A DNA stretch of 64,000 nucleotides from an uncultured delta proteobacterium (GTDB taxonomy: Bacteria; Myxococcota_A; Polyangia; Polyangiales; B10-G4), in the NCBI GenBank assembly GCA_963727445.1, contig CAVSGI010000009.1, positions 480,001-544,000 on the forward strand, given 5' to 3'. Position 1 is the first letter of the stretch. The number at the start of each line of letters is the position of its first letter. Under the pieces are notes generated by a model. It had not been told where the DNA came from and made no database searches. It saw only the letters and a program-made list of their open reading frames with translations. Position numbers and translations under genes: made by a program. Positions 1 through 10,297 of this stretch are shown in pieces.

Positions 1-31
1 TGAACGTCTCGATCCGGCGGTTCAGCTTCTG

Positions 32-856
32 ATGCCGGGCGAGCGCACGCGGGTCGGCGTCGTCCAGATGACGTCCAACGAGGACGTCGAGTCCAACTGC
101 GCCGCCGCCGAGCGCATGATTCGCCGCGGCGTGGACGAGGGCGCGCGCCTCGTCGTCGTCCCCGAGTGCTTCGCCTATCTCGGCCCGGAGGAAGGCAAGC
201 TCGAGCTCGCCGAGGCGATATCCGACGACGCGCCGGGTCCGATCCTCGGCCGCTTCCTCGAGCTCGCGAGGAAGCTCGAGGTGGAGCTGGTCCTCGGCGG
301 GTTCTGGGAGAAGGGGCGCCGCCCTTCCCACGTGAAGAACGCCTGCGTCCACGTCGGCGACGACGGCCGGGTCGAGAAGGTCTACCGCAAGATTCACCTC
401 TTCGACGTCGATCTCCCCGACGGGACCAAGCTCCTCGAGTCGGAGACCGTCGAGCCGGGCGAAGAGACGGTGGTCACCGACGCTTGCTTCGGCAAGCTCG
501 GGCTCTCGGTCTGCTACGACCTGCGCTTCCCGGAGCTCTATCGGCGCCTGGTGGACGACGGCGCCATCGCTCTCGCCGTTCCTGCAGCCTTCACCCTGAC
601 CACCGGCAAGGATCACTGGCACGTGCTCTTGCGCGCGCGCGCCATCGAGAGCCAGTGCTACGTCCTCGCCGCCGCCCAGTTCGGCCATCACTACGGGCGT
701 CGCGTCTCCTACGGCCACGCGCTCATCGCCGACCCCTGGGGCACGGTGCTCGCGGAGTGCGGGGACGGAGAAGGCGTCGCCGTCGCGACCATCGACACCG
801 AGGTCGTCGAGCGTGTCCGCCGCGCGGTGCCGTGCCTCACGCACCGGCGCCTCTGA
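32..856 (+). CDS. Carbon-nitrogen hydrolase, Nit1-like (deaminated glutathione amidase type)
   Basis: Nitrilase triad motifs VVVPE, YRKIHLFDV and SVCYDLRFPE; also HWHVLLRARAIE and YGHALIADPWG. Confidence 0.9.
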   Translation: MPGERTRVGVVQMTSNEDVESNCAAAERMIRRGVDEGARLVVVPECFAYLGPEEGKLELAEAISDDAPGPILGRFLELARKLEVELVLGGFWEKGRRPSHVKNACVHVGDDGRVEKVYRKIHLFDVDLPDGTKLLESETVEPGEETVVTDACFGKLGLSVCYDLRFPELYRRLVDDGAIALAVPAAFTLTTGKDHWHVLLRARAIESQCYVLAAAQFGHHYGRRVSYGHALIADPWGTVLAECGDGEGVAVATIDTEVVERVRRAVPCLTHRRL

Positions 857-929
857 GCCCCTTCACATCGCGGAAAGTGGAGACGGGCGCGCTCGTTGGC
901 GTCCGCGATCCCCTGGCCGCGAAGAATTC

Positions 930-1457
930 TCAGTCGATTCCGAACAGCATTCGGGCGTTTTCCAACGTCTGTTTCCGGACCTCGCTCGGCTCGCGTCCGG
1001 CGGCGCGCGCGACGGCCGCGAGCACGTGCGGCAAGTGCGACGGCTCGTTTCGCCGGTGGCGTGGTCTGGGGTCGAGATCGCGGGGCAGGAGGAAGGGTGC
1101 GTCGGTCTCGACGAAGAGGCGCTCCTTCGGGATCCGCCTCACCAATGGGACCAGGTGCTTCCCGCGCCGTTCGTCGCAGATCCACCCGGTGATTCCGATG
1201 TGCATGTCGAGGGCGAGGTAGGCGACGGCGAGCTCGAGCTGCGCGGCGAAGACCCGCCGCTGGACGTCTCGTGGGGAGAAATCGCGGTCGTAGTCCAACC
1301 CGCACTCACCGATGGCGACGACCTCGGGCGTCTCCGACAAGCGGCTGAGCAGCGCGAGGGTGTCGTCGTCGAAGCGCTTCGCATTGTGGGGATGAACGCC
1401 GGCGGTGCTGAAGAGAGCTCCCCCAACACCTCTTCGGGTTTTCGGCACGGTGGGCAT
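930..1457 (-). pseudogene. tatD: Degenerate TatD-family hydrolase (N-terminal truncation plus internal in-frame deletion)
   Basis: Keeps STAGVHPH, IGECGLD, IGITGWICDERRG, ETDAPFL and RNEP; lacks the N-terminal His motif and the central HxRDA/HCF segment. Confidence 0.75.
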
Positions 1458-1576
1458 GGGACCGAAGCGTGTCGACCCAGGCTGAAGCCGCTCATTCTAG
1501 ACTTAATTGAGGCCGGGGCCGTCTGTGAGGCACGTTACATTCGTGCTAAGGTGCCGCCGGCTTTTCCCGGGGGGCC

Positions 1577-2170
1577 GTGATGGACCTGACGATTCGCAAA
1601 CTCACCCGCGAGCTCGCCCTGATGGGCGAGGACGCTTTTCGACGGCGCTATGCCGTCCCCGCGATCCTCTATGACGGGTCGATGGATGCCGAGGAAGGAG
1701 CCGCCCGTGCGTACGTCACGTCATCGGTGGACATCCGAAGCGTCGTCGACGTCCGCCACGACCGCAAGACCCTCCCGCCCGGTTCCGAGGAGGACTCGGC
1801 CCTTCAGACGATGGAGTCTCGGGTCTTCCTGGTGAAGAAGCGCGCCGGTGGCGCATTCGCCGATCGCGTCGGGATCGGGCGCGCGGCCAACGCGGACGTG
1901 AGCGTGCCCCTCGCCACCGTCTCGAAGTACCACGCGTACTTCACGGTTCCGGAGGATCTCTCCGCCAGCTATCGGATCACCGACGCGGGCTCGACGAACG
2001 GGACCTTCGTCGACGGTCGGCGCCTTCCCGACAAGCAAGCGGTAGCCGTGCAGACGGGAACCCAGATCCTCCTGGGCCCGCACCGCTTCGTCTTCTTCAC
2101 CGCCGCCGCTCTCTTCGAGCGGGTGCGAAGCGCCGCGCTGAGCCGGCGCTCCCGGCGGGCCCACGCCTGA
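1577..2170 (+). CDS. FHA domain protein
   Basis: IGRAANAD, VSKYHA and [15 protein letters not shown] motifs. Confidence 0.85.
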   Translation: MMDLTIRKLTRELALMGEDAFRRRYAVPAILYDGSMDAEEGAARAYVTSSVDIRSVVDVRHDRKTLPPGSEEDSALQTMESRVFLVKKRAGGAFADRVGIGRAANADVSVPLATVSKYHAYFTVPEDLSASYRITDAGSTNGTFVDGRRLPDKQAVAVQTGTQILLGPHRFVFFTAAALFERVRSAALSRRSRRAHA

Positions 2171-2173
2171 CGA

Positions 2174-4747
2174 TCAGAAGGTCGGAGCCTCGGTCGGGGT
2201 CGCGGACAAGCCCGCTTTCTCGAGGCTCGCGTCAGGCAGCGGCACCACGGCCGAGTCGATGTTGCGCTCGTTGTCGACGAAGCGCACGTCCTGTGTGAGG
2301 CGATCGAGGTCGTAGCTCGGATCCCCCTGCACGTTCACGCCGATCGGGTTGTTGGCGATGGTGCCGCGCACGAGATCGGCCGAGCCCATGTTGGTGATCT
2401 GGACGCCGGCGAGGGCGTTGCCGCGGATCTCGAAGTCGGTGAGCTCGATGGATCCGCCGGATGCCGTGGCGCCAAAGCCCGCGCCACCCGCGCAGGTCCC
2501 GGCTTCGCTGCAGCTGTTCGGCAGCGTGTTCTCGATGATCAGGTCTCGCGCCACGATTCGCGAGCCAGCGGCCTGAGACATGATGGACGCCTCGCGGTTG
2601 CCGAAGAGTCGCGCCCCCTCGAGCTCGACGAGGCCGCCCTCGACCGCCGCCACTGCCCAGCCGAGCGTCCCGCGCGCGGTGTTGCTTTGCGTCCCCCGAA
2701 CCTCGAGGCCGCGCGCGATGACGTGCGCGCCGTCGAACGCGGAGATGCCCGCGCCGAACACGCCCTCAGCGAGCGTGTCCTGCAGAGTGATCATCGCGGT
2801 CCCCGTCGCGGTCAGCCCGTAGCCGAAATGGCCCGAGTCGTCCTCGGTCGGCGAGACGATCCGGAGGTCAGTCATCTCCAAGGTGCCTCCGAAACAGAAC
2901 ACCGCCTGATGCGCGGCGTTCGAGATACTGACGCGCTCGAGGGTGATGAGCCCTCCGTCCTCGATCTGGACGCCAGCGCCGTAGTGCACGCCCTCTTCCT
3001 CGAGGAATCGCTGGGTGACGTCCTCCAGGACGACGTCGTCCAGATCGACGCTCGCGCCGCCCATGCCCACCAGAATCCCGATCTCGCTGATCTGGGTCAG
3101 CTTCACTCGCGCTCCGGAGACCGATGCGGCGTCCCGCGAGATCACCCCGAAGCCCGCGCCGCCGAGTGTGCCGGTTCGGGACACCGTGACATCCTCGACG
3201 CTGACGCTGGTACCGGAGCCGTTGGCGAAGATCCCGTACAGGGCGAGGTCTTCGAGGCGGACCCGGCGAAGGACCGCCATCGCGCCCTCTACCACGCCGA
3301 CGCCCGTTCCCATTTCGCCGTCGCTCTCGCGCACACCGACGTTCGACACGACGACGTCTTCGAAGACGAGCTCGGAGCCCTCGGTTTTGGCGCTGATCGC
3401 CACCGTGTGAGTGTCCCGGACCACTCCGCGGCGCACCTCGAGGTGTGCGCCTCGCTCGGTGGCGATGCCGACGCCGAGGTCCCCGAAGGGGTCGGGCGCG
3501 ACGGTGGAGATCACCACGTCTTCACCGACGAAGCTGGCCCCCGAGATCGTGAGCAGGCCCGTGAAGCTGGACTCCGCGACGAGCAGGCCGTGTGCCTCGA
3601 CGCTCGCGCCGATCTCGACGCTCATCCCGGTGCCCGACTCTGCGCCGGCTCGGCGTTCTGAGGGCGTGGTACGGCGAATGACGACGTCTTCGAGCGTCCC
3701 GGTGGTTCCATCGCCGGTGAAGAACACGCCGATCTCTCGGCTGTCTTCGAAGACCGAGCGTGCGGCCGACACCGTCGATCCATCGACGACGTTCAGCGCA
3801 CGGCCGTGGGCGCCATCGCTCTGTTGCGCGCGCGTGCCGCGCACCGTGACACCATCGAGGGTGAGCTCGGTGCCCGCTGCGGCGAAGATGGAGAAGTCCG
3901 TGTTGTCCTCGACGAGCGCGCGCGTGATCGTGGCGGTCGAGGCCTCCACGTCGATGCCACGGCCGAAGGCGCCGCGCGGGGCGGCGGGCCGCGTCCCGCG
4001 GACGATCAATCCGTCCGCGACCAGCTCCGCTCCGAGGAGCGCGCGGATCCCGAAGTCGGCGTTGCCATCGAGGCGTACGTTCTCGAGGCGAATGCCGGTG
4101 CCGCGGTTCAGGGCGATGCCCGAGCCCCCACCCCCGAGGGTGACGTTCTTGGCGACCACCCCCGTGCCCGCGGCGCTCAGGGTGGCCGCGGCCGCAAACG
4201 ACGGGGCGACGAGGGTGCCCGCCACGCATGCTCCCACCAGGGTCACCCCTCTGCGGAGCGACAGCGCTTCGTCGTAGGTTCCCGCGGCGACCGCGATCAC
4301 GTCACCCGCGCCCGCCCGGCTCGCGGCCGCGCCGATGGTGGCGTACGGAGCGGCGCGGGTCCCATCGCCGCCTGCCGGCGCATCCGCCCAAACGTAGTAG
4401 ATGGTGCCCGTCGAAGGGAGATCACTCGCCCACTGTCCCGCACCCGGACACGCGGGGCCCAGGCGCTCACACACATCGCTCCCCGGCACCTGGATCTCGT
4501 CGGGCGCGCAGTCGAGCGGGCCCTCGGGCCAGGGGTCGCAGACGCCGTCGGTCGTCGTCGTGAAGCCTTCGGGGCAGCTGCGCGAAGGGGACGCTGCATC
4601 CGCCGCCGGGGCGGGTGGAGCGATGACGATGCCGGCGTCAGCGCCGCCGTCGGGCACGGCGCTGTCCGGCGTGGTCATCGTCCCGTCGTCGCCGCAGGCG
4701 GCGCAGGTGAGCGCGAGAAGCATCGCCGCCGAAATGCGAATCCCCAC
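2174..4747 (-). CDS. Lipoprotein with DUF1565-like / right-handed parallel beta-helix repeats
   Basis: Start reassigned to GTG 4747; lipobox CAAC; GDGTRAAPYATI and AGTY motifs; recurring GRG...VE repeats. The upstream part of the 1396-aa ORF is a shadow of the next gene. Confidence 0.75.
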   Translation of the reverse strand: MGIRISAAMLLALTCAACGDDGTMTTPDSAVPDGGADAGIVIAPPAPAADAASPSRSCPEGFTTTTDGVCDPWPEGPLDCAPDEIQVPGSDVCERLGPACPGAGQWASDLPSTGTIYYVWADAPAGGDGTRAAPYATIGAAASRAGAGDVIAVAAGTYDEALSLRRGVTLVGACVAGTLVAPSFAAAATLSAAGTGVVAKNVTLGGGGSGIALNRGTGIRLENVRLDGNADFGIRALLGAELVADGLIVRGTRPAAPRGAFGRGIDVEASTATITRALVEDNTDFSIFAAAGTELTLDGVTVRGTRAQQSDGAHGRALNVVDGSTVSAARSVFEDSREIGVFFTGDGTTGTLEDVVIRRTTPSERRAGAESGTGMSVEIGASVEAHGLLVAESSFTGLLTISGASFVGEDVVISTVAPDPFGDLGVGIATERGAHLEVRRGVVRDTHTVAISAKTEGSELVFEDVVVSNVGVRESDGEMGTGVGVVEGAMAVLRRVRLEDLALYGIFANGSGTSVSVEDVTVSRTGTLGGAGFGVISRDAASVSGARVKLTQISEIGILVGMGGASVDLDDVVLEDVTQRFLEEEGVHYGAGVQIEDGGLITLERVSISNAAHQAVFCFGGTLEMTDLRIVSPTEDDSGHFGYGLTATGTAMITLQDTLAEGVFGAGISAFDGAHVIARGLEVRGTQSNTARGTLGWAVAAVEGGLVELEGARLFGNREASIMSQAAGSRIVARDLIIENTLPNSCSEAGTCAGGAGFGATASGGSIELTDFEIRGNALAGVQITNMGSADLVRGTIANNPIGVNVQGDPSYDLDRLTQDVRFVDNERNIDSAVVPLPDASLEKAGLSATPTEAPTF

Positions 4748-4806
4748 GATCGACGAGCTTGGGATGGATCGCGGAGCTTGGCCAGCCGTTTGGCCGAGAG
4801 GACGGG

Positions 4807-7053
4807 TCAGCGCACCAGCGTCAGGTGGGGTACGGGCGCGTAGGCTCCGAGATAACCGCTCTCTTCGGCCACGTAGACCCAGCCGCGCTCGTCCACGCGG
4901 ATCAGATCCGGCACCAGCGGGCAGGGCAGGGCGGCACCGAGCGCGGCGCCATCGGAGGGGCGCAGGATGTGCACCGATGCCGCCGGGACGAAGAGCGCGC
5001 CCCCGCGGAGCACCGGCTCGAGGCGGCGCGGAACGTCGTCGGCGACCGGATCGGAGAGGAGCGCTTCCCAGCGCATGCCCCCATCGTCGAGATCGATGGC
5101 GCAGATCCGACCCGACGGCGTGTTCACGATCAGCGTGGCGTCGACGGCAAGGCAGGCGCCGCCGGCGCCGACGCCCGGATCCTCGATCATCCAACCGAGG
5201 CCTCCGCTGGTGGTGTCGACGCAGGCGAGCGAGCTCTGGCTCTTGGTACCGATGGCGATGGTCGCCCGGCGTCCGAAGGCGGTGGGCGCCGCCGTGGGCG
5301 CGGCTGGGAGAGCGACGCGGAAAAGGCGCTCGCCGCTGAAGAGATCGAGCGCGACGAGCGCGCCGGCGCGCCCGTTGGGATCGCCCGCGACGGCGATCAC
5401 CGTGTCGCCGACCACGGTGGGCGCGAAGCAGAGTCGCGAGCCCTCGGAGTGACGCCAGACCACCTGACCGGAGACCGCGTCGACGGCGTCGAGGGTTCCG
5501 TCGCCCGCGGTGGTGAGCACCAGCCGCCCGGCGCGCCGCAGGCGCAGCGGGCCCGAGCCCTTCGCCGCGTAGCCGAAGCGGTGCTCGCCGTTGCGGAGGT
5601 CGACGGCGACCAGGCGCCCCGGGCCATCGGGGAGGAAGACCGATGGCGGCACCGGTCCGCCGCCCACGAAGAGCGCGTTCGGTGGCATGCCGGACGGAGG
5701 CGTGATCCGCGTCGTCGCGAAGGCTTCGCCATCGGTGACGTCGCAGAGCTCGACCTGACCCTCGGTAGAGAGGCGCACCAGGTGCTGCCCCGCCATGAAG
5801 GAGCGACCGCCGAGGCCTTCGCGCACCCAGAGCACTTCGCCGTCGTCGCGACTGACGGCGACGGCGCGGCTGGGGGTGGCCACGACGAGTCGATCGCCGC
5901 AGAAGAAGGTCGAGGTCGCGTCGAGGCCGTCCATCTCGGCGGTCCATCGCTCGGCGAAGCGGAGCTTGCCGACGGGCGTGGGCTCGCGGCGAGGCGCGGG
6001 GGAGGGAACGTCCTCCCGCGGCATCTGCGCCCGCGCATCTGCACGGAGGCGCTCCGCGTCCACGTTGACGAAGCCGTCGTCGCGCTGCCTCGCGCGGATG
6101 CGACGGCGCAGGCTGCGCACCTCTTCGCGAAGGCTGCGCACTTTGAGGTTGCGCGCCTGCCCACGATCGCAGGCGATCATGGCGCGGATCACGTCCGACG
6201 CGAGACGGAGGATGGGGAGCGAGGCCTGTCCCACGTCCAGGGCGGGCAGCGTCACGGTTTCGGCGCCGCGAAGCAGGGTCAGGGTCACGTCCTCGGCGAG
6301 GCGCACGCCGATGGTGAAGCCGCCCGCGACCAGGCGGACGTTCGCGGGGCGGTCGCTCTCCCAAGCGTCGACCAGCGATCGCACCGCGGCGACCATCCGG
6401 CTGATCGCCGGCATGATCGGACCTCGCGCGAGCACGTGACGGTGGCCGCGTGCCCAGACCCAGAGCTCGCCCGGGAAGAGGAGCGCGTGCACGTCGGCGC
6501 GCGAGGCGCTCTCGGAGCCGGCGACCCGGCCGGGGGTGATCAGCGCGCGAAAGCCGAAGCTCAGCGGCACGTCCTCGGGCGGTTCGACGATGGCGCCACC
6601 TTCGCGCGACACCGGCCTGGCCGGTCGGCTCCCCAGGCGCGAGATGGGTGAGGTCGAGGCGCGGTCGGCGAGTCGCTCGAGCACCTGGCCTCCCGACCCG
6701 CCGCGCGTGGCGGCCTCGTGTCGCAGCTCCTCGGCCGCTTCGTCCAAGAGGGTCCGAAGCGATACCGGTCGGTCGAGCACCAGGACGTCGGGCACCGGGC
6801 CGGTCTCGTAGAGACTGACGAGGGCTTCATCGCGGCGGCGGACCAGCGCGACTTCGAGGGGCGCGCCCACGAGCGGCAGCAGGACCTTGTCGGAGCGCCC
6901 GGCGGCGAGACCGACCAGCGCGCCGACGAGATCGGGAAGAGGTGGTGTCTCCTCTTCGTCGACCTCCGCTCCGTAGAGCACTCGCGCGAGCGGGGAAAAG
7001 ATCCGGGGTGCTGGTGTTCCCGGGAGGGTGGCTGTGAGCTTTTCGAGTTCCAT
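4807..7053 (-). CDS. PQQ-like beta-propeller repeat protein with an unknown N-terminal domain
   Basis: Repeated propeller motifs in the C-terminal half (AVSRDDGEVLW, AVDAVSGQVVW, AIDLDDGGMRW). Confidence 0.75.
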   Translation of the reverse strand: MELEKLTATLPGTPAPRIFSPLARVLYGAEVDEEETPPLPDLVGALVGLAAGRSDKVLLPLVGAPLEVALVRRRDEALVSLYETGPVPDVLVLDRPVSLRTLLDEAAEELRHEAATRGGSGGQVLERLADRASTSPISRLGSRPARPVSREGGAIVEPPEDVPLSFGFRALITPGRVAGSESASRADVHALLFPGELWVWARGHRHVLARGPIMPAISRMVAAVRSLVDAWESDRPANVRLVAGGFTIGVRLAEDVTLTLLRGAETVTLPALDVGQASLPILRLASDVIRAMIACDRGQARNLKVRSLREEVRSLRRRIRARQRDDGFVNVDAERLRADARAQMPREDVPSPAPRREPTPVGKLRFAERWTAEMDGLDATSTFFCGDRLVVATPSRAVAVSRDDGEVLWVREGLGGRSFMAGQHLVRLSTEGQVELCDVTDGEAFATTRITPPSGMPPNALFVGGGPVPPSVFLPDGPGRLVAVDLRNGEHRFGYAAKGSGPLRLRRAGRLVLTTAGDGTLDAVDAVSGQVVWRHSEGSRLCFAPTVVGDTVIAVAGDPNGRAGALVALDLFSGERLFRVALPAAPTAAPTAFGRRATIAIGTKSQSSLACVDTTSGGLGWMIEDPGVGAGGACLAVDATLIVNTPSGRICAIDLDDGGMRWEALLSDPVADDVPRRLEPVLRGGALFVPAASVHILRPSDGAALGAALPCPLVPDLIRVDERGWVYVAEESGYLGAYAPVPHLTLVR

Positions 7054-7136
7054 CGAGGGCGTGCCGTGCTCTGGCGTGGATCGAAATGTTAGGTTCCTCG
7101 CCACCACCCCGAAAAAAAACGGATCGAGATCGCAGG

Positions 7137-7553
7137 ATGTTGACAGGGGAGCATGCGTTCGTGGCGGCCGTAGTCGTCGTGATCTTCCGAGAAGATCGGG
7201 TGTTGGCGATGCGCCGCGCGCCGACCAAGGACGCTGGGGCCGGGCTTTGGGAGTGCGTCTCCGGGCGCGTGAATCCCGACGAGGATCCGCGCGCGGCGGC
7301 TGCTCGCGAGGCGCGCGAAGAGACAGGCCTCGAGGTGGAGATCGCGGCGCGGCCGATCGACGCCTACACCGCGCGCCGCAAGGGGGAGCCGATGCTCGTC
7401 GTCTGCTATCGAGCGGACGCGAAGAGCGACGAGGTGCGCGCGAACGACGAGCACGATGCGTGGGAGTGGCTCACGCCCTCCGAGTTCGCCGAGCGCACCA
7501 CGCTCGCGCGGCTCGCAGAGGCCGTCGCGCGGGCGAGCGGCGTACACGACTGA
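7137..7553 (+). CDS. NUDIX hydrolase
   Basis: Nudix box SGRVNPDEDPRAAAAREAREETGL. Confidence 0.9.
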   Translation: MLTGEHAFVAAVVVVIFREDRVLAMRRAPTKDAGAGLWECVSGRVNPDEDPRAAAAREAREETGLEVEIAARPIDAYTARRKGEPMLVVCYRADAKSDEVRANDEHDAWEWLTPSEFAERTTLARLAEAVARASGVHD

Positions 7554-7558
7554 TCTGC

Positions 7559-7725
7559 TCTAGTGCCTGGTCCAATGAGGTGGAAGGGGAGATCGCGACG
7601 GGCGTCGGTCGCGTCGCAAGGAGGGAAATCGAAGGACGTGCAGCGCACATTCGAGGTTTCCCGACGCCGCGAGGCGGCCGACGAACGAGCGAGAACCCTT
7701 CTACGTCATTGGACCAGGCACTAGA
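7559..7725. mobile_element. MITE-like / palindromic intergenic element
   Basis: Perfect 20-bp inverted repeat TCTAGTGCCTGGTCCAATGA (7559-7578 and 7706-7725), CTAG at both ends, imperfect pairing through the interior, no convincing coding capacity. Confidence 0.7.
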
Positions 7726-7734
7726 CTTCTGTCC

Positions 7735-9483
7735 GTGCGCTACGTCCTCTTCGCGTGCTTGATGGTGCTCGGCGCGTGCGGCGACGCCAGCGGCGAGGTG
7801 GGCGACGCAGACGCGCGGGCTGACGCGCGGATGGATGGTGGAGCGATCGACGCGGCCAGCGATGCGCCACTCGGCAGTGACGGCGCCCCGTTGGACGCGG
7901 ACGCGGAGGCCGATGCGAGTACGCCCACCGTCACCTGGTTCGAGGACATCTCCCTGTCAGCGGGGATCGATCTGGTCCGCGTGGCTGCCGAGGACTACGA
8001 CAGCGTGCCCGATCGCATGAGCGGCGGCGTCTGCGTGATCGACGTCGACGGCGTTGCGCCCCTCGACCTCTTCTTCGCCTTCCGGCCTTCGGCCGCCAGC
8101 AAGTCCGTGCTCTACGTGGGCCGGGGGAGCCTCGACTACCTGGACGAGACGACGGAGCGTGGCCTGTCGAACGTGGGAGACGCCACCGGATGCCTGGCCT
8201 TCGACGCCGAGGGGGATGGCGACGACGACCTGCTGGTGACCGGCAAAGGGTCGCTTCGCCTCTTCGAGAACGAAGGGGGGAGCTTCACCGACGTCAGCAG
8301 CGCCCTGTTGGGGTGGGCGCCGGATCCGCGCGATTTCTACGCGAGCGCGGCGGCCGGTGACGTCGATGGAGACGGCGACCTCGACCTGGTGGTGGCGGGC
8401 ATGATCCGCCACGACCCCGCCGGGATGGCGGCCCTCTGCGGCGCCGTGCCCTGCGCGGCGGAGCTCACCAACTTCCAGCCGATCCCTTCGCTCCTCTTCA
8501 TCCGCCGCGCCGACGGCCGATACGACGAGCGCGCCGCGACCGAAGCTCCCGACCTCGTGCGGGAGGAGCCGACGTTGGTCGTGGCCGTGCGCGACTTCGA
8601 CGAGGACGCACGGCCCGACATCTACGTCGGCAACGACATCGGCATCGTCTTCCGCGACCGCGTCCTGTCGCGACGGATCGACGGGACGCTCCGCGACGTC
8701 GCCGAAGACCTGGGCCTCGCGTACAACCGCGTGGGGTACGGCATCGACACCATGGGGTTCGCGAGCGGCGACCTGGATGGTGATGGAGACCTCGATCACG
8801 TGGAGTCGAGCTTCGAGGGCGACGCGACCGCGGTCTTCGTCTGTGATGCGTTCTGTGAGGACCAGGCCGCGCGTGCCGGCACCGGCGCGCTCTCGGACTC
8901 CTTCCGGTGGGCGGTGGCCCTCGGCGATCTGGACCTCGACGGCGACCTCGATCTCCTGGAAGCCGCGGGGCACTACTACGACGACGACGAGATCGTGGCG
9001 CTGGGCTGGGCCATGGGGCGCGCGCAGCCGATGAACCTTCTCGAAGGCGTGGGAGACGCGACCTTCCGCGATGCGCGGCGCGCGCCTTCGGATGCGAGCC
9101 TCGTGGCGGGCGCCGAACGCTCCCTGGTCCTGGTCGATCTCGACGACGACGGTCGGCTCGACGCGGTGACGGCACCGGCGGTCGGCCCAGCGCGGGTGCT
9201 TCACAACGTGCGCGAAGGAGGGCACTTCCTCCGCGTGGCGCTCGAGGGCCGGGCGCCGAACCGAGACGCGGTGGGGGCGAGGGTTCTGGTCCACGCCGGC
9301 GCCGCGACGCTCACGCGCGTCCAGAGCCGCGGCGAGGGATACCTCGGGAGCGGCGATCCGCGCCTGCATTTCGGGCTCGCGGAGAGCGCGCCCGTCAGCG
9401 TCGAGGTCATCTGGCCTGGTGGCAGCTCCACCACTCGGGAGGCGGTGGCCGTCGATACCGAGATTGTCCTCCGGGAGCCCTGA
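7735..9483 (+). CDS. CRTAC1-family lipoprotein (FG-GAP/VCBS repeats plus ASPIC/UnbV domain)
   Basis: Lipobox LGAC; multiple DxDGDGDLD repeats; C-terminal NRDAVGARV...GYLGS..RLHFGL...VIWPGG. Confidence 0.85.
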   Translation: MRYVLFACLMVLGACGDASGEVGDADARADARMDGGAIDAASDAPLGSDGAPLDADAEADASTPTVTWFEDISLSAGIDLVRVAAEDYDSVPDRMSGGVCVIDVDGVAPLDLFFAFRPSAASKSVLYVGRGSLDYLDETTERGLSNVGDATGCLAFDAEGDGDDDLLVTGKGSLRLFENEGGSFTDVSSALLGWAPDPRDFYASAAAGDVDGDGDLDLVVAGMIRHDPAGMAALCGAVPCAAELTNFQPIPSLLFIRRADGRYDERAATEAPDLVREEPTLVVAVRDFDEDARPDIYVGNDIGIVFRDRVLSRRIDGTLRDVAEDLGLAYNRVGYGIDTMGFASGDLDGDGDLDHVESSFEGDATAVFVCDAFCEDQAARAGTGALSDSFRWAVALGDLDLDGDLDLLEAAGHYYDDDEIVALGWAMGRAQPMNLLEGVGDATFRDARRAPSDASLVAGAERSLVLVDLDDDGRLDAVTAPAVGPARVLHNVREGGHFLRVALEGRAPNRDAVGARVLVHAGAATLTRVQSRGEGYLGSGDPRLHFGLAESAPVSVEVIWPGGSSTTREAVAVDTEIVLREP

Positions 9484-9484
9484 G

Positions 9485-10285
9485 ATGCCCGAGGGCGACA
9501 CCATCAAGAGGCTCGCCCTCGCCCTGCGCCCCAACCTCGAAGGCGCGGTGATCGACGCTCTCTGGACACGCGTCGGCGGAGACGCGCGAGAGCTCGAGGG
9601 GCGCCGCGTCGAGCGCGTCGAGGCGATCGGCAAGCACCTGCTTCTGCGCATCGAAGGCGAGCTCGGCCTCCGCGCCCACCTCGGCATGAAGGGCAGCGTG
9701 CATCGATATCGCCCGAGCGAGCCCTGGCGCAAGGCGCGCGACCGCGCGGCGGCGACGCTGTCGACGAAGGAGCTCGTCTTCGTCTTCTTCGACCTCGCCC
9801 AGGTGGAGCTCCTCGACGTGCGCAGGCTCGCGACCCATCCGCGCCTGTCGAAGCTCGGCCCCGACCTCCTCGCGGAGGAGGTCGACGAGGCGTCGATCGT
9901 CGCGCGGGCGAGGAAGAGCAGCACGACGACCGCGGCGGAGCTCCTCCTCGATCAGCGCGTGGCCGCGGGCATCGGCAACGTCTACAAGAGCGAGGTGCTC
10001 TTCCTCGAGCGCATCGATCCTTTCACCGCGCTCGATGCGCTCGCCGACGCCGATCTATTGCGGCTCTACCGTCGCGGGCGGGCGCTCCTCTCCGCCAACA
10101 TCACCCCGGGGCCGCGCACCACCGTGCCCGCATCCCTCCGCGCGGCAGGCTATCCGAGGCTGTGGGTCTACGACCGGAAGGGACGGCCCTGTCTTCGATG
10201 CAACGCGCCCATCGAGCGGCGACACCACGGCGCCGATGCCCGCGCGACCTTCTTCTGCCCGCGCTGTCAGCGGGTCGAATCGTGA
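9485..10285 (+). CDS. nei: Fpg/Nei family DNA glycosylase (endonuclease VIII-like)
   Basis: N-terminal MPEGDT, GKHL, HLGMKG, H2TH motif LLDQRVAAGIGNVYKSE, C-terminal CxxC/CxxC zinc finger. Confidence 0.88.
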   Translation: MPEGDTIKRLALALRPNLEGAVIDALWTRVGGDARELEGRRVERVEAIGKHLLLRIEGELGLRAHLGMKGSVHRYRPSEPWRKARDRAAATLSTKELVFVFFDLAQVELLDVRRLATHPRLSKLGPDLLAEEVDEASIVARARKSSTTTAAELLLDQRVAAGIGNVYKSEVLFLERIDPFTALDALADADLLRLYRRGRALLSANITPGPRTTVPASLRAAGYPRLWVYDRKGRPCLRCNAPIERRHHGADARATFFCPRCQRVES

Positions 10286-10297
10286 TAACGTCTCGGG

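Noticed and set aside
2174..6364. 1396-aa ORF as a single giant protein
   Set aside because: The first ~540 aa are Arg/Pro-rich shadow translation over the propeller gene; the real protein starts near the lipobox at 4747.
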